This document shows, in pieces, positions 19,367 to 30,740 of a stretch of 64,000 bases of DNA; the stretch's first letter is position 1; every line of letters begins with the position of its first letter. Source of the DNA: Desulfosoma sp. (GTDB lineage Bacteria; Desulfobacterota; Syntrophobacteria; Syntrophobacterales; DSM-9756); contig JBBFKW010000009.1 of NCBI GenBank assembly GCA_037481835.1, positions 83,786 through 147,785 of the forward strand, given 5' to 3'. Below the pieces are notes generated by a model. The model did no database searches and had not been told where the DNA came from. It worked only from the letters and a program-made list of their open reading frames with translations. The translations under genes were made by a program, and so were the position numbers.

Positions 19367-21196
19367 ATGGGATGGATGGGAAAGATCCTTCGGGTCGACC
19401 TGACGGCGGGAACGACCGCCGTGGAACCTTTGGACCGGCAAAAGGCGGTGGATTACGTGGGCGGACGGGGCCTCGGGATCCGGATGCTGCTTGATGAAGT
19501 CCCGCCCACAGTGGATCCCTTTTCTCCGGAAAACAAGCTCATTTTCCTCACGGGCCCCCTTACGGGAACCGGAACCCCCACCGGCGCCCGTTACATGGTC
19601 ATGACCAAGTCGCCGCTCACGGGAGCGCTGACCTGTTCCAACGCCGGGGGGCAGTTTCCCACCATGCTCAAGAAGGCGGGATTCGACGGGATCATTTTCG
19701 AAGGCCGTTCCCCCGAACCCGTGTATCTCTGGGTCTGCGAAGGGGTGGCGGAACTTCGCAAGGCTGGGCATCTGTGGGGAAAAGACACCCATGAAACGGA
19801 TGGGATCCTGCGCCGAGAAACCCGAGACGATGCCAAGACGGCCGTGATCGGCCCTGCGGGGGAACGCCGTGTGCTCTTCGCCGGCATCATGAACGACAAG
19901 GATCGTGCAGCGGGCCGATCGGGAGTGGGCGCCGTCATGGGATCAAAGAATCTCAAAGGGGTCGTCGTGTTCGGCACCCAGAAGGTTCCCATTCACGACC
20001 CCGAAGCGTTCAAGAAGCTCCTGAAGGACATCATGGCCGGCTTCAAGGAAGCCACCAAGAAAGGGCCTTTGCCCCTTCGGGTCTACGGGACGGCCATCAC
20101 CTCCACAGGAACGCAAAACGTGGGCGCCTATCCCACGCGGAATTTTCAGCAGGGCACCTTTGAGCACTGGAAGGATATCGGCGGAGAGGTCCTCACCGAA
20201 AAATACCTGGTGCGGACCAAATCCTGTTACAGCTGCCCCATTTCCTGCGGCCGGGTGACCCGCGTGGCCGAAGGGCCTTTCCAAGGGGAGGGCGAAGGGC
20301 CGGAATACGAGACGGTGTACGCCCTGGGCAGCAACTGCGGCGTGCGGGACTTGGCCGCCGTCATCAAGGCCAACTACATTTGCAACGAAATGGGCATGGA
20401 TACCATTTCCGCAGGGGCGACCATCGCCTGTGCCATGGAAATGTACGAACGGGGCATCCTGGACCAAAAGACCATCGGACGGCCGCTGCCTTTCGGGGAC
20501 GCTCACGGCCTGGTGGAAATGGTCCGCAAGACGGCGCTTCGCGAAGGCTTCGGCAACGAACTGGCCGAGGGGAGCCTGCGGCTGGCCACTCGTTACGGGT
20601 GTCCCGAACTGGCCATGGTGTCCAAAGGACAGGAATTCGCCGGCTACGAACCCCGGGCGGAAAAGGGCATGGGATTGGCCTATGCCACGTCGCCCATCGG
20701 GGCGAGCCACATGCGCGGAGATCCCGCCTATATCGAAATTCTCGGGGTGCCCGTCCTCATAGATCCGCTCACCTGGGAAGACAAGCCCCAGATCGTCAAA
20801 GACTGGCAGGACGTCTTCGCGTTGATCGATTCGGCCGGCCTGTGCGTGTTTTTCTCCGTAAGAAACCTGGTGAGCAAGACCAAAGACATCCGCCCGGTGC
20901 GGATTTTGGAGCTCCTGAACGCGGTGACGGGAGCCGGCTACACCATGGAGAGCCTGCTGACCGCCGCAGAACGGATCATCAACGCGGAACGGCTCTTTTT
21001 GGTCAAAGCGGGCTTCGACGCCAAGGACGACACGCTGCCTCCGCGCATCACGCGAGAACCCATGCCCGTCGGACCCGCCAAGGGGCAGGTGTGCGAACTG
21101 GAAAAGATGCTGCCCGTCTATTACAAGCTGAGGGGATGGGACCCAGCGGGTCGCCCCACCCCCGAACTCTTGGAACGATTGGGCCTTTCAAGCTGA
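19367..21196 (+). CDS. aor: Aldehyde:ferredoxin oxidoreductase (tungsten AOR family)
   Basis: KSPLTG, AAGRSGVGAVMGSKNLK, CYSCPISC, GPEYET, MGMDTIS. Confidence 0.95.
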   Translation: MGWMGKILRVDLTAGTTAVEPLDRQKAVDYVGGRGLGIRMLLDEVPPTVDPFSPENKLIFLTGPLTGTGTPTGARYMVMTKSPLTGALTCSNAGGQFPTMLKKAGFDGIIFEGRSPEPVYLWVCEGVAELRKAGHLWGKDTHETDGILRRETRDDAKTAVIGPAGERRVLFAGIMNDKDRAAGRSGVGAVMGSKNLKGVVVFGTQKVPIHDPEAFKKLLKDIMAGFKEATKKGPLPLRVYGTAITSTGTQNVGAYPTRNFQQGTFEHWKDIGGEVLTEKYLVRTKSCYSCPISCGRVTRVAEGPFQGEGEGPEYETVYALGSNCGVRDLAAVIKANYICNEMGMDTISAGATIACAMEMYERGILDQKTIGRPLPFGDAHGLVEMVRKTALREGFGNELAEGSLRLATRYGCPELAMVSKGQEFAGYEPRAEKGMGLAYATSPIGASHMRGDPAYIEILGVPVLIDPLTWEDKPQIVKDWQDVFALIDSAGLCVFFSVRNLVSKTKDIRPVRILELLNAVTGAGYTMESLLTAAERIINAERLFLVKAGFDAKDDTLPPRITREPMPVGPAKGQVCELEKMLPVYYKLRGWDPAGRPTPELLERLGLSS

Positions 21197-21320
21197 AAGG
21201 GCCCGCCTTTTCCGAACAGGTCGGGAGCGCGGGGCGTTTCGTCGGCACGGCCTGCGGGCCTCACGCCCGCGCTCCCAAGGCACAGTTCCGTTCAGTCGAC
21301 GGGCGATTGTGGGCCGCCCT

Positions 21321-22523
21321 CTATTCCCGCGCGACAAGGGTCGCCATGCCCATGCCGCCCCCCACGCACAAGGTGGCCAAACCCACGGAAAGATCCCGCC
21401 GAGCCATTTCATAGACGAGGGACACCACGATCCGCAACCCGGTGCATCCCACGGGATGGCCCAGCCCGATCCCGCTTCCGTTCACGTTGGTGATGGAGCG
21501 GTCCAGTCCTAATCCGCGTTCGCAGGCAATGTACTGGGCGGCAAAGGCTTCGTTGAGTTCGATCAGTTGGATGTCTTTCAGGGACATGCCGGTTTTCTTG
21601 AGTATCTTTTCGGTCGCCGGAACCGGGCCGTAGCCCATGTATTCAGGGTCCACGCCCGCCGCCGCCGTGGCGATCACGCGAGCCATGGGGTGAAGCCCCA
21701 ATTCTTTCGCCTTGGCGCGGCTCATGACCAAAGCCGCCACCGCCCCGTCGTTCAAGCCCGACGAATTGCCCGCTGTCACCGTGCCGTCTTTTTTGAACAC
21801 GGGTTTGAGCCGCACCAAGTCGTCCATGGTCAGGCCGAACCGCGGATGTTCGTCCTGTTCGAACAAGGCGCTCTTGCCTTTGGGGCCCGGAATTTCTACG
21901 AGAACGATTTCGTCCTTGAACCTGCCTTCCTTGATGGCCGCTTCGGCATTGCGGTGACTGCGAAGCGCCACCTCGTCCTGATCTTGTCGGGAAATGCCGT
22001 ATTTTTCCGCAAGGTTTTCCGCCGTCACCCCCATGATCATGGGATTGCCCAGAAGGCGGCTCCCGGAATGCAGCATTTCCCACACGCTGTCCACCACCTC
22101 GTGGTTCATGAGGCGCATGCCCCACCGGGCGTTGGGCAGGTAATACGGCGCCGAGCTCATGGATTCCACCCCGCCCACCATGACCACGTCGGCATCCCCG
22201 GCTTTGATCATCTGGGCCGCCGCCGCCAAGGCCTGCATGCTGGAAGCGCACTGGCGTTGAATGGTGTGGGCCGGAATGTCCACGGGAAAACCGGCTCGAA
22301 GCATGGCCGTGCGGGCCGTGTTCGCCTCATCGAAACACTGGACGCAGTCTCCGGTGACCACTTCGTCGAGAAGGTTCGGCGAGAGATTCCCCGCCCGTTT
22401 CAAGACTTCCGTCATCACATGGGCCAGTAAGGCCGACGCCCGCACGTCCTTTAAGGACCCACCGAATTTGCCGATGGGTGTGCGGGCCGCCGCCACAATC
22501 ACCACGTCTCGATCCCTGTTCAT
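21321..22523 (-). CDS. Acetyl-CoA C-acetyltransferase (thiolase)
   Basis: QCASS nucleophile, NEAF, GHPVG, LCVGGG. Confidence 0.95.
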   Translation of the reverse strand: MNRDRDVVIVAAARTPIGKFGGSLKDVRASALLAHVMTEVLKRAGNLSPNLLDEVVTGDCVQCFDEANTARTAMLRAGFPVDIPAHTIQRQCASSMQALAAAAQMIKAGDADVVMVGGVESMSSAPYYLPNARWGMRLMNHEVVDSVWEMLHSGSRLLGNPMIMGVTAENLAEKYGISRQDQDEVALRSHRNAEAAIKEGRFKDEIVLVEIPGPKGKSALFEQDEHPRFGLTMDDLVRLKPVFKKDGTVTAGNSSGLNDGAVAALVMSRAKAKELGLHPMARVIATAAAGVDPEYMGYGPVPATEKILKKTGMSLKDIQLIELNEAFAAQYIACERGLGLDRSITNVNGSGIGLGHPVGCTGLRIVVSLVYEMARRDLSVGLATLCVGGGMGMATLVARE

Positions 22524-22538
22524 CGAATCCCTCACACC

Positions 22539-23396
22539 CTACTTGGAGTAATCGTAAAACCCGCGGCCGCTCTTTCGCCCCAAATAGCCCGCGCGGACCA
22601 TCTTGCGCAGCAGCGGCGCCGGCCGATACTTATCTTCCCCCAGTTCCTTGTGGAGCCCTTCCAAGACAAAAAGGAGCGTGTCCAGGCCCACCATATCGGC
22701 CAGAGCCAAGGGGCCGATGGGATGATTGGCGCCCAGGGTCATGGCCCGGTCGATATCTTCCGCAGAGGCGATCCCTTCCGAATAGACGAAAATGGCCTCG
22801 TTGATCATGGGGCACAAAATGCGGTTGACCGCAAAACCCGGCGCTTCTTTGACTTCAATGGGCACCTTGCCGATCTTTTCCACCAAAGCTTTGGTCTTTT
22901 GGTAAGTGTCGTCCCCCGTGGCCAAACCGCGGATGATTTCCACCAGCTTCATCACCGGAACGGGGTTGAAGAAATGCATGCCGATGACCTTATCCGGTCG
23001 TTTGGTCACGGACGCCATTTCGGTGATGGAAAGCCCCGAGGTGTTGGAGGCCAGGATCGCTTGCGGCGGACAGAGGGTGTCCAGTTCCTGAAAGACCTTG
23101 CGTTTGAGGTCCATGTTTTCGATGACGGCTTCGATGACGAAATCGGCTCCGGCAGCCGCTTGGGCCATATCCGTGGTCCCGTGAATGCGACCCATGACGG
23201 CCTCGGCTTCGGCCGCATCCATTTTCCCTTTGGCCACGGCACGATCCAAATTCCCCTTGATCCCGCTCAGGCCTTTGTCCACGAACCGCTGCTCGATATC
23301 CCGCAAGGCCACCTCGTACCCGGATTGAGCCAGCACTTGGGCAATGCCCGACCCCATGATGCCGGCTCCCAACACGCACACTTTTTTCACGTCCAT
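22539..23396 (-). CDS. hbd: 3-hydroxybutyryl-CoA/3-hydroxyacyl-CoA dehydrogenase
   Basis: [39 protein letters not shown] 23396 with GGAGAGG RBS. Confidence 0.95.
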   Translation of the reverse strand: MDVKKVCVLGAGIMGSGIAQVLAQSGYEVALRDIEQRFVDKGLSGIKGNLDRAVAKGKMDAAEAEAVMGRIHGTTDMAQAAAGADFVIEAVIENMDLKRKVFQELDTLCPPQAILASNTSGLSITEMASVTKRPDKVIGMHFFNPVPVMKLVEIIRGLATGDDTYQKTKALVEKIGKVPIEVKEAPGFAVNRILCPMINEAIFVYSEGIASAEDIDRAMTLGANHPIGPLALADMVGLDTLLFVLEGLHKELGEDKYRPAPLLRKMVRAGYLGRKSGRGFYDYSK

Positions 23397-23467
23397 AACC
23401 CTCTCCTTAGAATTTTCCAGTATGTCTCCGATCGGCCCGCCCCCCCGGAATCGGGCCGGGTTTCCCG

Positions 23468-24139
23468 CTACGGCGGGTCGTCTCGAAACCGCTCCTTCAA
23501 AGCGCCTACGGTCCGGCGGTAATCGGATCCTTGAAAGACGGCTGATCCCGCCACGAAAACATCCACGCCGGCCTCCACCAGATGGTCCACCGTGTCCACG
23601 CTGACCCCGCCGTCCACCTGGAGGAGCACGGGAAGGGATCGCTCGTCGATCCACCGGCGCATTTCGCGAATCTTGGGCAGCACCGAAGGAATAAACCTTT
23701 GCCCTCCGAAGCCGGGATTGACGGTCATAAGGAGGACCATGTCCACGTGGGGCAGAATGGGTTCCACGAGACACAGGGGAGTGGCCGGGTTGACCGCCAC
23801 CGCCGCCTTGGCACCCAATTCCCGGATGCGCTGCACCGTGCGATGCAGGTGCACGCAGGCTTCCACATGCACCCCGAGCCAATCGGCGCCGGCTTCCACG
23901 AAGGCGTCCACAAAGCGATCGGGTTCCGAAATCATCAGATGGACGTCCACGGGAAGGGTCGTCGCCCGGCGCACGGCTTTGACCACATCCGGCCCGATGG
24001 TGATATTGGGCACGAAATGGCCGTCCATCACATCCACGTGAATCCAGTCGGCACCGGCCTTTTCCACGGCCCGGATTTCTTCGGCAAGTCGGCCGAAATC
24101 CGCCGACAAGATGGATGGGGCGAGTTTTTGCTTTCCCAT
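23468..24139 (-). CDS. rpe: Ribulose-phosphate 3-epimerase
   Basis: [35 protein letters not shown]. Confidence 0.97.
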   Translation of the reverse strand: MGKQKLAPSILSADFGRLAEEIRAVEKAGADWIHVDVMDGHFVPNITIGPDVVKAVRRATTLPVDVHLMISEPDRFVDAFVEAGADWLGVHVEACVHLHRTVQRIRELGAKAAVAVNPATPLCLVEPILPHVDMVLLMTVNPGFGGQRFIPSVLPKIREMRRWIDERSLPVLLQVDGGVSVDTVDHLVEAGVDVFVAGSAVFQGSDYRRTVGALKERFRDDPP

Positions 24140-24146
24140 AACTCTC

Positions 24147-25502
24147 CTAGAGGCGGCGCCACCGGGCTGCGAAAAAGCCGTCCGTACCGTGCCGGTGGGG
24201 CCACGTGGCCAGATACGGCCCATCGGTCATGGCCCGGCACGATTCTGGAAGAACCTCCGCCGCCGACTCCAACACCCAATCGGGAAAATCCCTGGAAAAA
24301 CCTTCGGCCACCCCCTCGTTTTCCAGCTCGAAGACCGTGCAGGTGGCGTAGACCAAAATCCCGCCCCTTCTAACAAAACGAGCCGCCTGGCGCAAGAAGG
24401 CCTTTTGGGTGAGGCTCGCCCGGTAAGGGGATCGAGCCGCACGGCGCCATTTGATGTCGGGATTTCGTCGAAGCACTCCGAACCCTGTGCACGGGGCATC
24501 CACGAGCACGCGATCGAAGAGGCCCATCTTCGCCGGTTCCAAGTCAAGGGCGTCCGCCGCCGTCACCGTGATGCATCGGATCCCCTGCCGGTCGGCGTTT
24601 TCTTGGAGTGCCTCAAGCTTCCACGCCTCCCGGTCCACGGCGACCACTTCGCCCTCATCGCCCATGAGTGCCGCACAATGGGTTGTTTTTCCGCCGAAAC
24701 CGGCGCACAGATCCAAGATGCGTTCCCCCGGCTTGGGATCCAACACGAGGGACACCATCTGGGACGCCTCGTCCTGGACCTGAATCCATCCCTGCACAAA
24801 AGGCTCACAGGCGCCCACATCCATGCGAAGGGCTCCCAGCCGAACGGCCTCCGGTACAAGCGGCGAAGGCTCCACGGCCATATCCCTTTCCCGAAACCAG
24901 CGGATGACCTCGTCCCGACGGGCTTTCAGGGGATTAACCCGGCAGGTCGTCCCTGCCGGCGCGTTGTTCGCCTCCAGGACGGCGCGAGCCTCCTCGAATC
25001 CCCATCGTTTCAAGGCGTATTCGGCGAACCATTCCGGATGCGAGGTCATGACGGACAAGTACGCCACGGGATCTTGCCGAGGATCCGGCCACGGCCATGC
25101 ATCGCCGAAGCGAAGGGCTCGGCGCAACACCGCGTTGACGAATCCCACCACCCGCTTTCCGTGGGCGGTCTTGGCCACTTCCACCGTCTCATGCACCGCC
25201 GCATGGGCCGGGATCTTCCTCAAAAAAAGGATTTGATAAAGGCCCAGCCGAAGGAGGACCAAAACATCCGCATCGATTTTTTCCCGTTCGCTGAGTACCC
25301 GGGCATGCCAGTCCAAACGCCGGCGCCATCGCAAAACCCCGTAGACAAGTTCGGTGAGGAGGGCGCGGTCCCGAGGGTCCAGGAGAGGGTTTCGACCCAG
25401 AGCCACCCGAAGAAGTCGATCGGGATGGGCCGGCCTCTTATCCATCTGCAGCAGAAGGCGATAGGCGAGGGATCGCACATCATCCATGGCCGACTCCGTC
25501 AT
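24147..25502 (-). CDS. rsmB: 16S rRNA m5C967 methyltransferase
   Basis: NusB-like N-terminus, QDEASQ, DAPCTG, YATCT. Confidence 0.93.
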   Translation of the reverse strand: MTESAMDDVRSLAYRLLLQMDKRPAHPDRLLRVALGRNPLLDPRDRALLTELVYGVLRWRRRLDWHARVLSEREKIDADVLVLLRLGLYQILFLRKIPAHAAVHETVEVAKTAHGKRVVGFVNAVLRRALRFGDAWPWPDPRQDPVAYLSVMTSHPEWFAEYALKRWGFEEARAVLEANNAPAGTTCRVNPLKARRDEVIRWFRERDMAVEPSPLVPEAVRLGALRMDVGACEPFVQGWIQVQDEASQMVSLVLDPKPGERILDLCAGFGGKTTHCAALMGDEGEVVAVDREAWKLEALQENADRQGIRCITVTAADALDLEPAKMGLFDRVLVDAPCTGFGVLRRNPDIKWRRAARSPYRASLTQKAFLRQAARFVRRGGILVYATCTVFELENEGVAEGFSRDFPDWVLESAAEVLPESCRAMTDGPYLATWPHRHGTDGFFAARWRRL

Positions 25503-26263
25503 TTCCCTTCGAGAAGACGCGCGAGGACCGATCGAACTTCACTCAAGGGGACGTGGGTGTCCACACACGGTCCCCTGGGTCGTTCGTTGAAAATCCCGTA
25601 GACCGGCAATGGCAGCGTGTCCTGAATCCCGCTCACCAAATCCCGTTCGCACGCCACGGCCACGATGAGGTCAGGCCGCGTTTGCACGACAATGCGCCGC
25701 GCGATGGTCCCCCCCGTCGCCACCGCCAGGTCGACCCCGTACCGTTCCTTGATTTCCAAAAGCTCGGCGATGGGACAACGGCCGCACCGCTTGCAATTTT
25801 CCACCTCAAAGGTGATGCGCACCCCGCACTGGGAAAGCTGGATGCAGTGGGGCATGAGCAGCAGTACGTTCCGGGGTTTTTTCCCCGAACGAAAGGACGC
25901 CATGACCAGTTCGTTGTTCACCCCCACAAAGGCGTGCTGCACGGCCTTCTTGGGCACGCCCAAGAGTCGCCCTACGGCGATGAGGAGGGGCAGCAGGCCT
26001 TTAGCGCTGATGCGGCGCAAAAAGGCGGAAAAGGGTACATCCCGGCCGAGCACGACGGCCGCGATGAGAAGAGAGACGGCGGCAAGGTGCGCCGCCATGA
26101 GGAACGCGAAAAAAACCCCCGCAATGCGGGGAAGGATCGGGTGAATGCGCTCAAACCCCCAGTAGGGGACCACGAAGAGCAGCCCCAGGGTCACACTGAC
26201 AAGCAGGCCGGCCAGAACCAGCAGCATCACCATCAAGGATTTTTCGGAAGGTACGAAGCGCAT
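25499..26263 (-). CDS. DUF116 family membrane protein
   Basis: PHCIQ...CKRCGRC, VATGGT, AVACERDL; usual position between fmt and rsmB. Confidence 0.85.
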   Translation of the reverse strand: MRFVPSEKSLMVMLLVLAGLLVSVTLGLLFVVPYWGFERIHPILPRIAGVFFAFLMAAHLAAVSLLIAAVVLGRDVPFSAFLRRISAKGLLPLLIAVGRLLGVPKKAVQHAFVGVNNELVMASFRSGKKPRNVLLLMPHCIQLSQCGVRITFEVENCKRCGRCPIAELLEIKERYGVDLAVATGGTIARRIVVQTRPDLIVAVACERDLVSGIQDTLPLPVYGIFNERPRGPCVDTHVPLSEVRSVLARLLEGK

Positions 26264-26361
26264 GGCGACGGTAAGCCTTCACGGTTCATGGGAGAGTGAG
26301 CCGCACATGACCGTGAGCGGACCCATATGGGGAGGTGGGTTTTTCGGACCCAGGGCGCATG

Positions 26362-27309
26362 TCAGTGAAACACCGAGCCCACGGGAAGATCGTGCCCTCG
26401 CAGGAAGGCTTCCGCCGGTACCGGTTTCCTCCCTTCCAGCTGGAGCGTCCCGATGACCACGGCCGTGCCGTCCCCGGCACGCACAAGCAGGCCGTCCCGC
26501 GTCAAGCCGAGCACTTCTCCGGCAACGCCTTCCGTCGCATAGGAAGACATTCGGGCGTCAAAGAACTTGATCCGGGACGATCCGTGGTAGCCGTAGGCAC
26601 CGGGCCACGGGTCGAAGGCCCGAATCCGACACCACACGGCAGAAGCCGGTTGGTGCCAATCCACATGGGTTTCTTGCTTTTGGACGGGAGAAGCCGGCAC
26701 GGCTCGGCTGTGGTCCTGCGGCACGGGGCGACACAGGCCGCGACGCCAGGCATCCAAGGTGCGACATAAGAGCCGCGCGCCGCGGCGGGCCAACGTGTCG
26801 TGCAAGGTTCCGAAGGTATCCTCGGGACGGATGGGCACCGGTTCCGCGGCCAAAACGGGCCCGGTGTCCATGCCCTCGTCCATGAGCATGATGCAGACGC
26901 CGGTTTCCGTATCCCCATTGAGGATGGCTCTCTGGATAGGGGCCGCCCCGCGGTACCGGGGGAGCAAGGAAGGGTGCACGTTCAAAGCGCCCAAGGGAAA
27001 GGCATCGAGGAGAGCCTTGGGCAATAACTGCCCGTAAGCCACAAGGACGAGACAATGGGCATCGAGAGATGTGAGGGTGCGGATCACTTGGGGATCCCGA
27101 ATCCGTTCCGGTTGGATTACGGGCAGACCCAACCGTTCTGCCGCCGTCTTGACCGGCGGCGGGCTCGGTTTGCGGCCTCGGCCCTTCGGCCGATCAGGCT
27201 GGGTGACCACCCGTAGGATGTGCGCACCGCTTCGATGAAGTTCTTCCAGGGTGGGCACGGCGAAATCCGGCGTGCCGCAAAAGACCACCCTTACGGGTTC
27301 CTCCGTCAC
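26362..27309 (-). CDS. fmt: Methionyl-tRNA formyltransferase
   Basis: FCGTPDFA, TQPDRPKGRG, NVHPSLLPRYRGAAPI; GTG start overlapping the def stop. Confidence 0.96.
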   Translation of the reverse strand: MTEEPVRVVFCGTPDFAVPTLEELHRSGAHILRVVTQPDRPKGRGRKPSPPPVKTAAERLGLPVIQPERIRDPQVIRTLTSLDAHCLVLVAYGQLLPKALLDAFPLGALNVHPSLLPRYRGAAPIQRAILNGDTETGVCIMLMDEGMDTGPVLAAEPVPIRPEDTFGTLHDTLARRGARLLCRTLDAWRRGLCRPVPQDHSRAVPASPVQKQETHVDWHQPASAVWCRIRAFDPWPGAYGYHGSSRIKFFDARMSSYATEGVAGEVLGLTRDGLLVRAGDGTAVVIGTLQLEGRKPVPAEAFLRGHDLPVGSVFH

Positions 27310-27818
27310 GCCGACGCCTCGAGAAGCCGCTTCTTCCATTTTCTTTTGAACATGTCCCGCTTGATGGGATTCAGATGATCGATAAAAAGGCGCCCGTTCA
27401 AATGGTCGATTTCATGCTGGAGCACGACGGCGAGCAATCCGTCGGCGCGGATCTCCACCGGCTTTCCGTCCGCGTTCAGGCCGCGCACGACCACGTTTTC
27501 ATGCCGCTGGACCTGGGCAAAGAATTCGGGGACACTCAAACACCCCTCTTCCCATATGAGCTCGCCGCTTGCCTCGATGATTTCCGGATTGACGAGCATG
27601 ATCAAGCCGTGCGGGTCTTCTTCCCTTTGAAGGTCGATCACGATGAGCCGAACGGGCCGTCCCACCTGATTCGCCGCCAGACCGATCCCCGGGGCGTTGT
27701 ACATGGTTTCGGCCATATCGTCCATGAGCTTTCGCACGGCGCCGTCCACGATATCGATGGGGCGGGCCTTTTCACGAAGGACCGGATCCGGGTATACGCA
27801 AATGTCGAGAACAGCCAT
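27306..27818 (-). CDS. def: Peptide deformylase
   Basis: GIGLAANQVG, EGCLS, QHEIDHLNG. Confidence 0.97.
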   Translation of the reverse strand: MAVLDICVYPDPVLREKARPIDIVDGAVRKLMDDMAETMYNAPGIGLAANQVGRPVRLIVIDLQREEDPHGLIMLVNPEIIEASGELIWEEGCLSVPEFFAQVQRHENVVVRGLNADGKPVEIRADGLLAVVLQHEIDHLNGRLFIDHLNPIKRDMFKRKWKKRLLEASA

Positions 27819-27934
27819 TTTCCGCCTCGCCACGAGTCAGATGGGAAAACGGACACCAAAGATGTCCAAGTGACTTCACAGTAATGGTCCACTGAGGAAT
27901 TTGCAAGCTTCGGGAAAACGAGCACGCTTTGTTT

Positions 27935-30406
27935 TCACAGGCTCGAGACGGGATCGCGATCCACTGCAACCCGGACGCCGTGAAAATCGGCGGCCTTCGA
28001 AACGCCCAGCAGGGTTTTTTCCAAAAAAGCCTGGAGGTCTTCGGCACGCCAGGCTTTCACGTAGAGATTGTAACGGAAGCGGTTTTTCAACTTCTGGATA
28101 GGAGCGGGAGCCGGACCCAGGACCGCCAGAGAGATGCCCTGGGATTCCAGAGCGGTTTTTGTTTCCCGGGCGACCCGCCCGAGTTCTGCAGCGGCTTGGG
28201 CGGCCGTGGTTTGTTGGGGCCCCGTGACCAGCAACCGGGCCATCCTCGTAAACGGCGGATACTGGAGCGTTCGGCGGGTGGCCAATTCGTGTTTGCAAAA
28301 ATGATCATAGTCTAACGCGGCCGCCGCTCGGATGACGTAATGGTGCGGGTTGTACGTCTGGATGACGACCCGTCCCGGCTTTTCGCCTCGGCCGGCCCGG
28401 CCCGCCACCTGCATGAGAAGTTGGGCCGTGGTTTCGCCCGAACGAAAGTCGCTGATCTGCAACGACGTATCCGCGTTGATGACCCCCACCAGGGTGACGT
28501 TGGGAAAGTCATGCCCCTTGGTAATCATTTGCGTCCCCACCATGACATGGGCCTTCCGGGAACGAAAGGCGTCGAGGGTGCGGACAAGCTTGGCCGGGCA
28601 TGTCATGGCGTCCCGGTCCACGCGAAGTGTCTTCACATGAGGGAATTTCTGCCTCAGCTCCTCCTCGACCCGCTCTGTCCCGAACCCGAAAGGAATCATC
28701 ACCCCCTTGGCACACAGAGGGCAGGTTCCCGGCACGGGTTCTTCATGGCCGCAATAATGGCACAGGACTCGCTGCAGGCTTTGGTGATAGGTGAGGCTTA
28801 CGGCGCAATGGGGACATTGGAGCACTGCGCCGCACGTGCGGCACAAAAAAAAGGAAGCGAACCCTCGACGGTTCAAAAAAAGCATGGCTTGGCCGTCGTC
28901 TTCCAGCGTCTCTTCAAGGGCCTTGTGCAATTCGGGGGAAATCACTCGAAAGGGACCCCGATGGCGCCTCATGTCCACAATATCGATGAGCGGCAACGGG
29001 CGGTCTTCCACTCTCTTCAAAAGCGTCACCAAGGCGTAGCGGCCCGCGCAGGCGTGATGGAACGATTGGAGCGACGGGGTGGCGGACCCCAGGATAACGG
29101 GAACGTTTGCGATCCTGGCGCGCATGACGGCCACATCCCGGGCGTGGTAGCGGAGCCGCTCTTCCTGCTTGTAGGAGCTGTCGTGTTCTTCATCCACGAT
29201 GATCAACCCCAGGTTTTTCACAGGACTCAAGACCGCCGACCGCACTCCGAGGATCACCGCGGTGCGCCCTAAAGTCATTTTGCGCCACTGGTCGTCCCGC
29301 ACCCCTGAAGCCAAGGCGCTGTGCCAAACGGCGAGGGACTCACCGAACCGTGCCCGGAAAAGCCCTTCCAGCTGGGTGCTCAGCGCGATTTCGGGAACCA
29401 AGACAAGAGCGGTTCGTCCCAGGCGGACCGTTTCTTCCACGAGTCGCAGGTAAATTTCTGTCTTCCCGCTTCCCGTGACCCCATAGAGCACAAAGGGCTT
29501 AAAGGACGGCGAGAGCACCGCCCCTTCCATCGCCTCCATGGCCGCCTTCTGCTCCGGAGTCAGCTCGTAGGGCGGGCTCGGCTCCAGCTCCTGCGCCATG
29601 GAGGATTCCCGCAAAACCTCCCGTTCTTCAAGGGCAATGAAACCCTCGGCGGCAAGCTTCCTGACCCAATAGGACGCCTGGGGCACCTGACGGCGAAGAT
29701 CCGAAAGGGGACACGCCCCGCCCGAATCCCGTAAAACCGTCACAAACCGCCGAAGATGGGGGCTTGCGGACAATCTCTTTTCCGGCGGATCTTCTTTCAG
29801 AATGACGACCTTCACCCTCTTTGCGGAAGGCTCCAAAGACGGCCACGCGTACTCCCACGCGACCCACCCGAGGGATTCCAGGCGCTTGATGTGGGCCTTC
29901 CAGCCTTTAGGGAGTGTTTCCAGGTCCTTGAAGTCGAGCGCATCCTTATCCAGAAGGGCTGACTCCAAAGCTTGAGCGCCCAGTGTCTTTGGCCCTTGGC
30001 GCGGCCCTTGAAGGAGCGCGGTACGCCCCTCGACCGTGAGGCGATACCGCCTTTGGGGATGAGCCAAAAGGCTCGAGGGCAAGACGGCTTCCAGAATAGA
30101 CGGCAGCGGATGGAAATAATAGGAGGACATCCAGCGGCACAGCGCGAGCATATCCGCCGGGAGAAGAGGTTCATCGTCCACCACGGCGCGGATGTCCTTC
30201 AGCCCTCCCCGGATGTTTTCCTCGGGACCCCGATCGTCCAAGGCCACGACAAGAGCCACGGCTTCGCGATGCCCCAAAGGGACCAAAACCCGCCGGCCCA
30301 CAAGGTCCGCCCCGACCAACCCCTCGGGAACGCGATAATGCAAGCAGGTGGACGGGCCTCTCAGGACCGCGCACAAAGCCAAGGGCTCATGGGAGGAAGA
30401 CAGCAT
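27935..30406 (-). CDS. priA: Primosomal protein N' (PriA helicase)
   Basis: GVTGSGKT, DEEHD, four CxxC, QVAGRAGR. Confidence 0.96.
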   Translation of the reverse strand: MLSSSHEPLALCAVLRGPSTCLHYRVPEGLVGADLVGRRVLVPLGHREAVALVVALDDRGPEENIRGGLKDIRAVVDDEPLLPADMLALCRWMSSYYFHPLPSILEAVLPSSLLAHPQRRYRLTVEGRTALLQGPRQGPKTLGAQALESALLDKDALDFKDLETLPKGWKAHIKRLESLGWVAWEYAWPSLEPSAKRVKVVILKEDPPEKRLSASPHLRRFVTVLRDSGGACPLSDLRRQVPQASYWVRKLAAEGFIALEEREVLRESSMAQELEPSPPYELTPEQKAAMEAMEGAVLSPSFKPFVLYGVTGSGKTEIYLRLVEETVRLGRTALVLVPEIALSTQLEGLFRARFGESLAVWHSALASGVRDDQWRKMTLGRTAVILGVRSAVLSPVKNLGLIIVDEEHDSSYKQEERLRYHARDVAVMRARIANVPVILGSATPSLQSFHHACAGRYALVTLLKRVEDRPLPLIDIVDMRRHRGPFRVISPELHKALEETLEDDGQAMLFLNRRGFASFFLCRTCGAVLQCPHCAVSLTYHQSLQRVLCHYCGHEEPVPGTCPLCAKGVMIPFGFGTERVEEELRQKFPHVKTLRVDRDAMTCPAKLVRTLDAFRSRKAHVMVGTQMITKGHDFPNVTLVGVINADTSLQISDFRSGETTAQLLMQVAGRAGRGEKPGRVVIQTYNPHHYVIRAAAALDYDHFCKHELATRRTLQYPPFTRMARLLVTGPQQTTAAQAAAELGRVARETKTALESQGISLAVLGPAPAPIQKLKNRFRYNLYVKAWRAEDLQAFLEKTLLGVSKAADFHGVRVAVDRDPVSSL

Positions 30407-30712
30407 GGGCGGGCGACCTCCGTTCGCCTTTGTGTCGGAGAAACCGCGGAACGAACTTTAGGGAACGTTGGAGTTCCCGGAAGAAGCGGTTTTTCACCTA
30501 ACACATCCTCAAAGAACCCGTCAAAACAAAGGGGACCGACCCCGGGCTCACCGACGCCGGTCTCCGCGCGGCATTCCCGCCTCATGGAAACCCTTCAGCT
30601 TAAGATCCTGTTTTTTCATCATTATTTTTTATAGAAACCGACCCGGCTTTCCCACGAAGACGGCCCTTTCAAAAAATTCTTGATTCCATGCGGTTTTTCA
30701 GCGATTAATCCC

Positions 30713-30740
30713 TTGCCAAGGGCACTTCGGCCGCTATAAT
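30713..30740 (+). promoter_or_regulatory. Putative sigma70 promoter of hup
   Basis: TTGCCA-N16-TATAAT in an AT-richer intergenic region. Confidence 0.65.
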
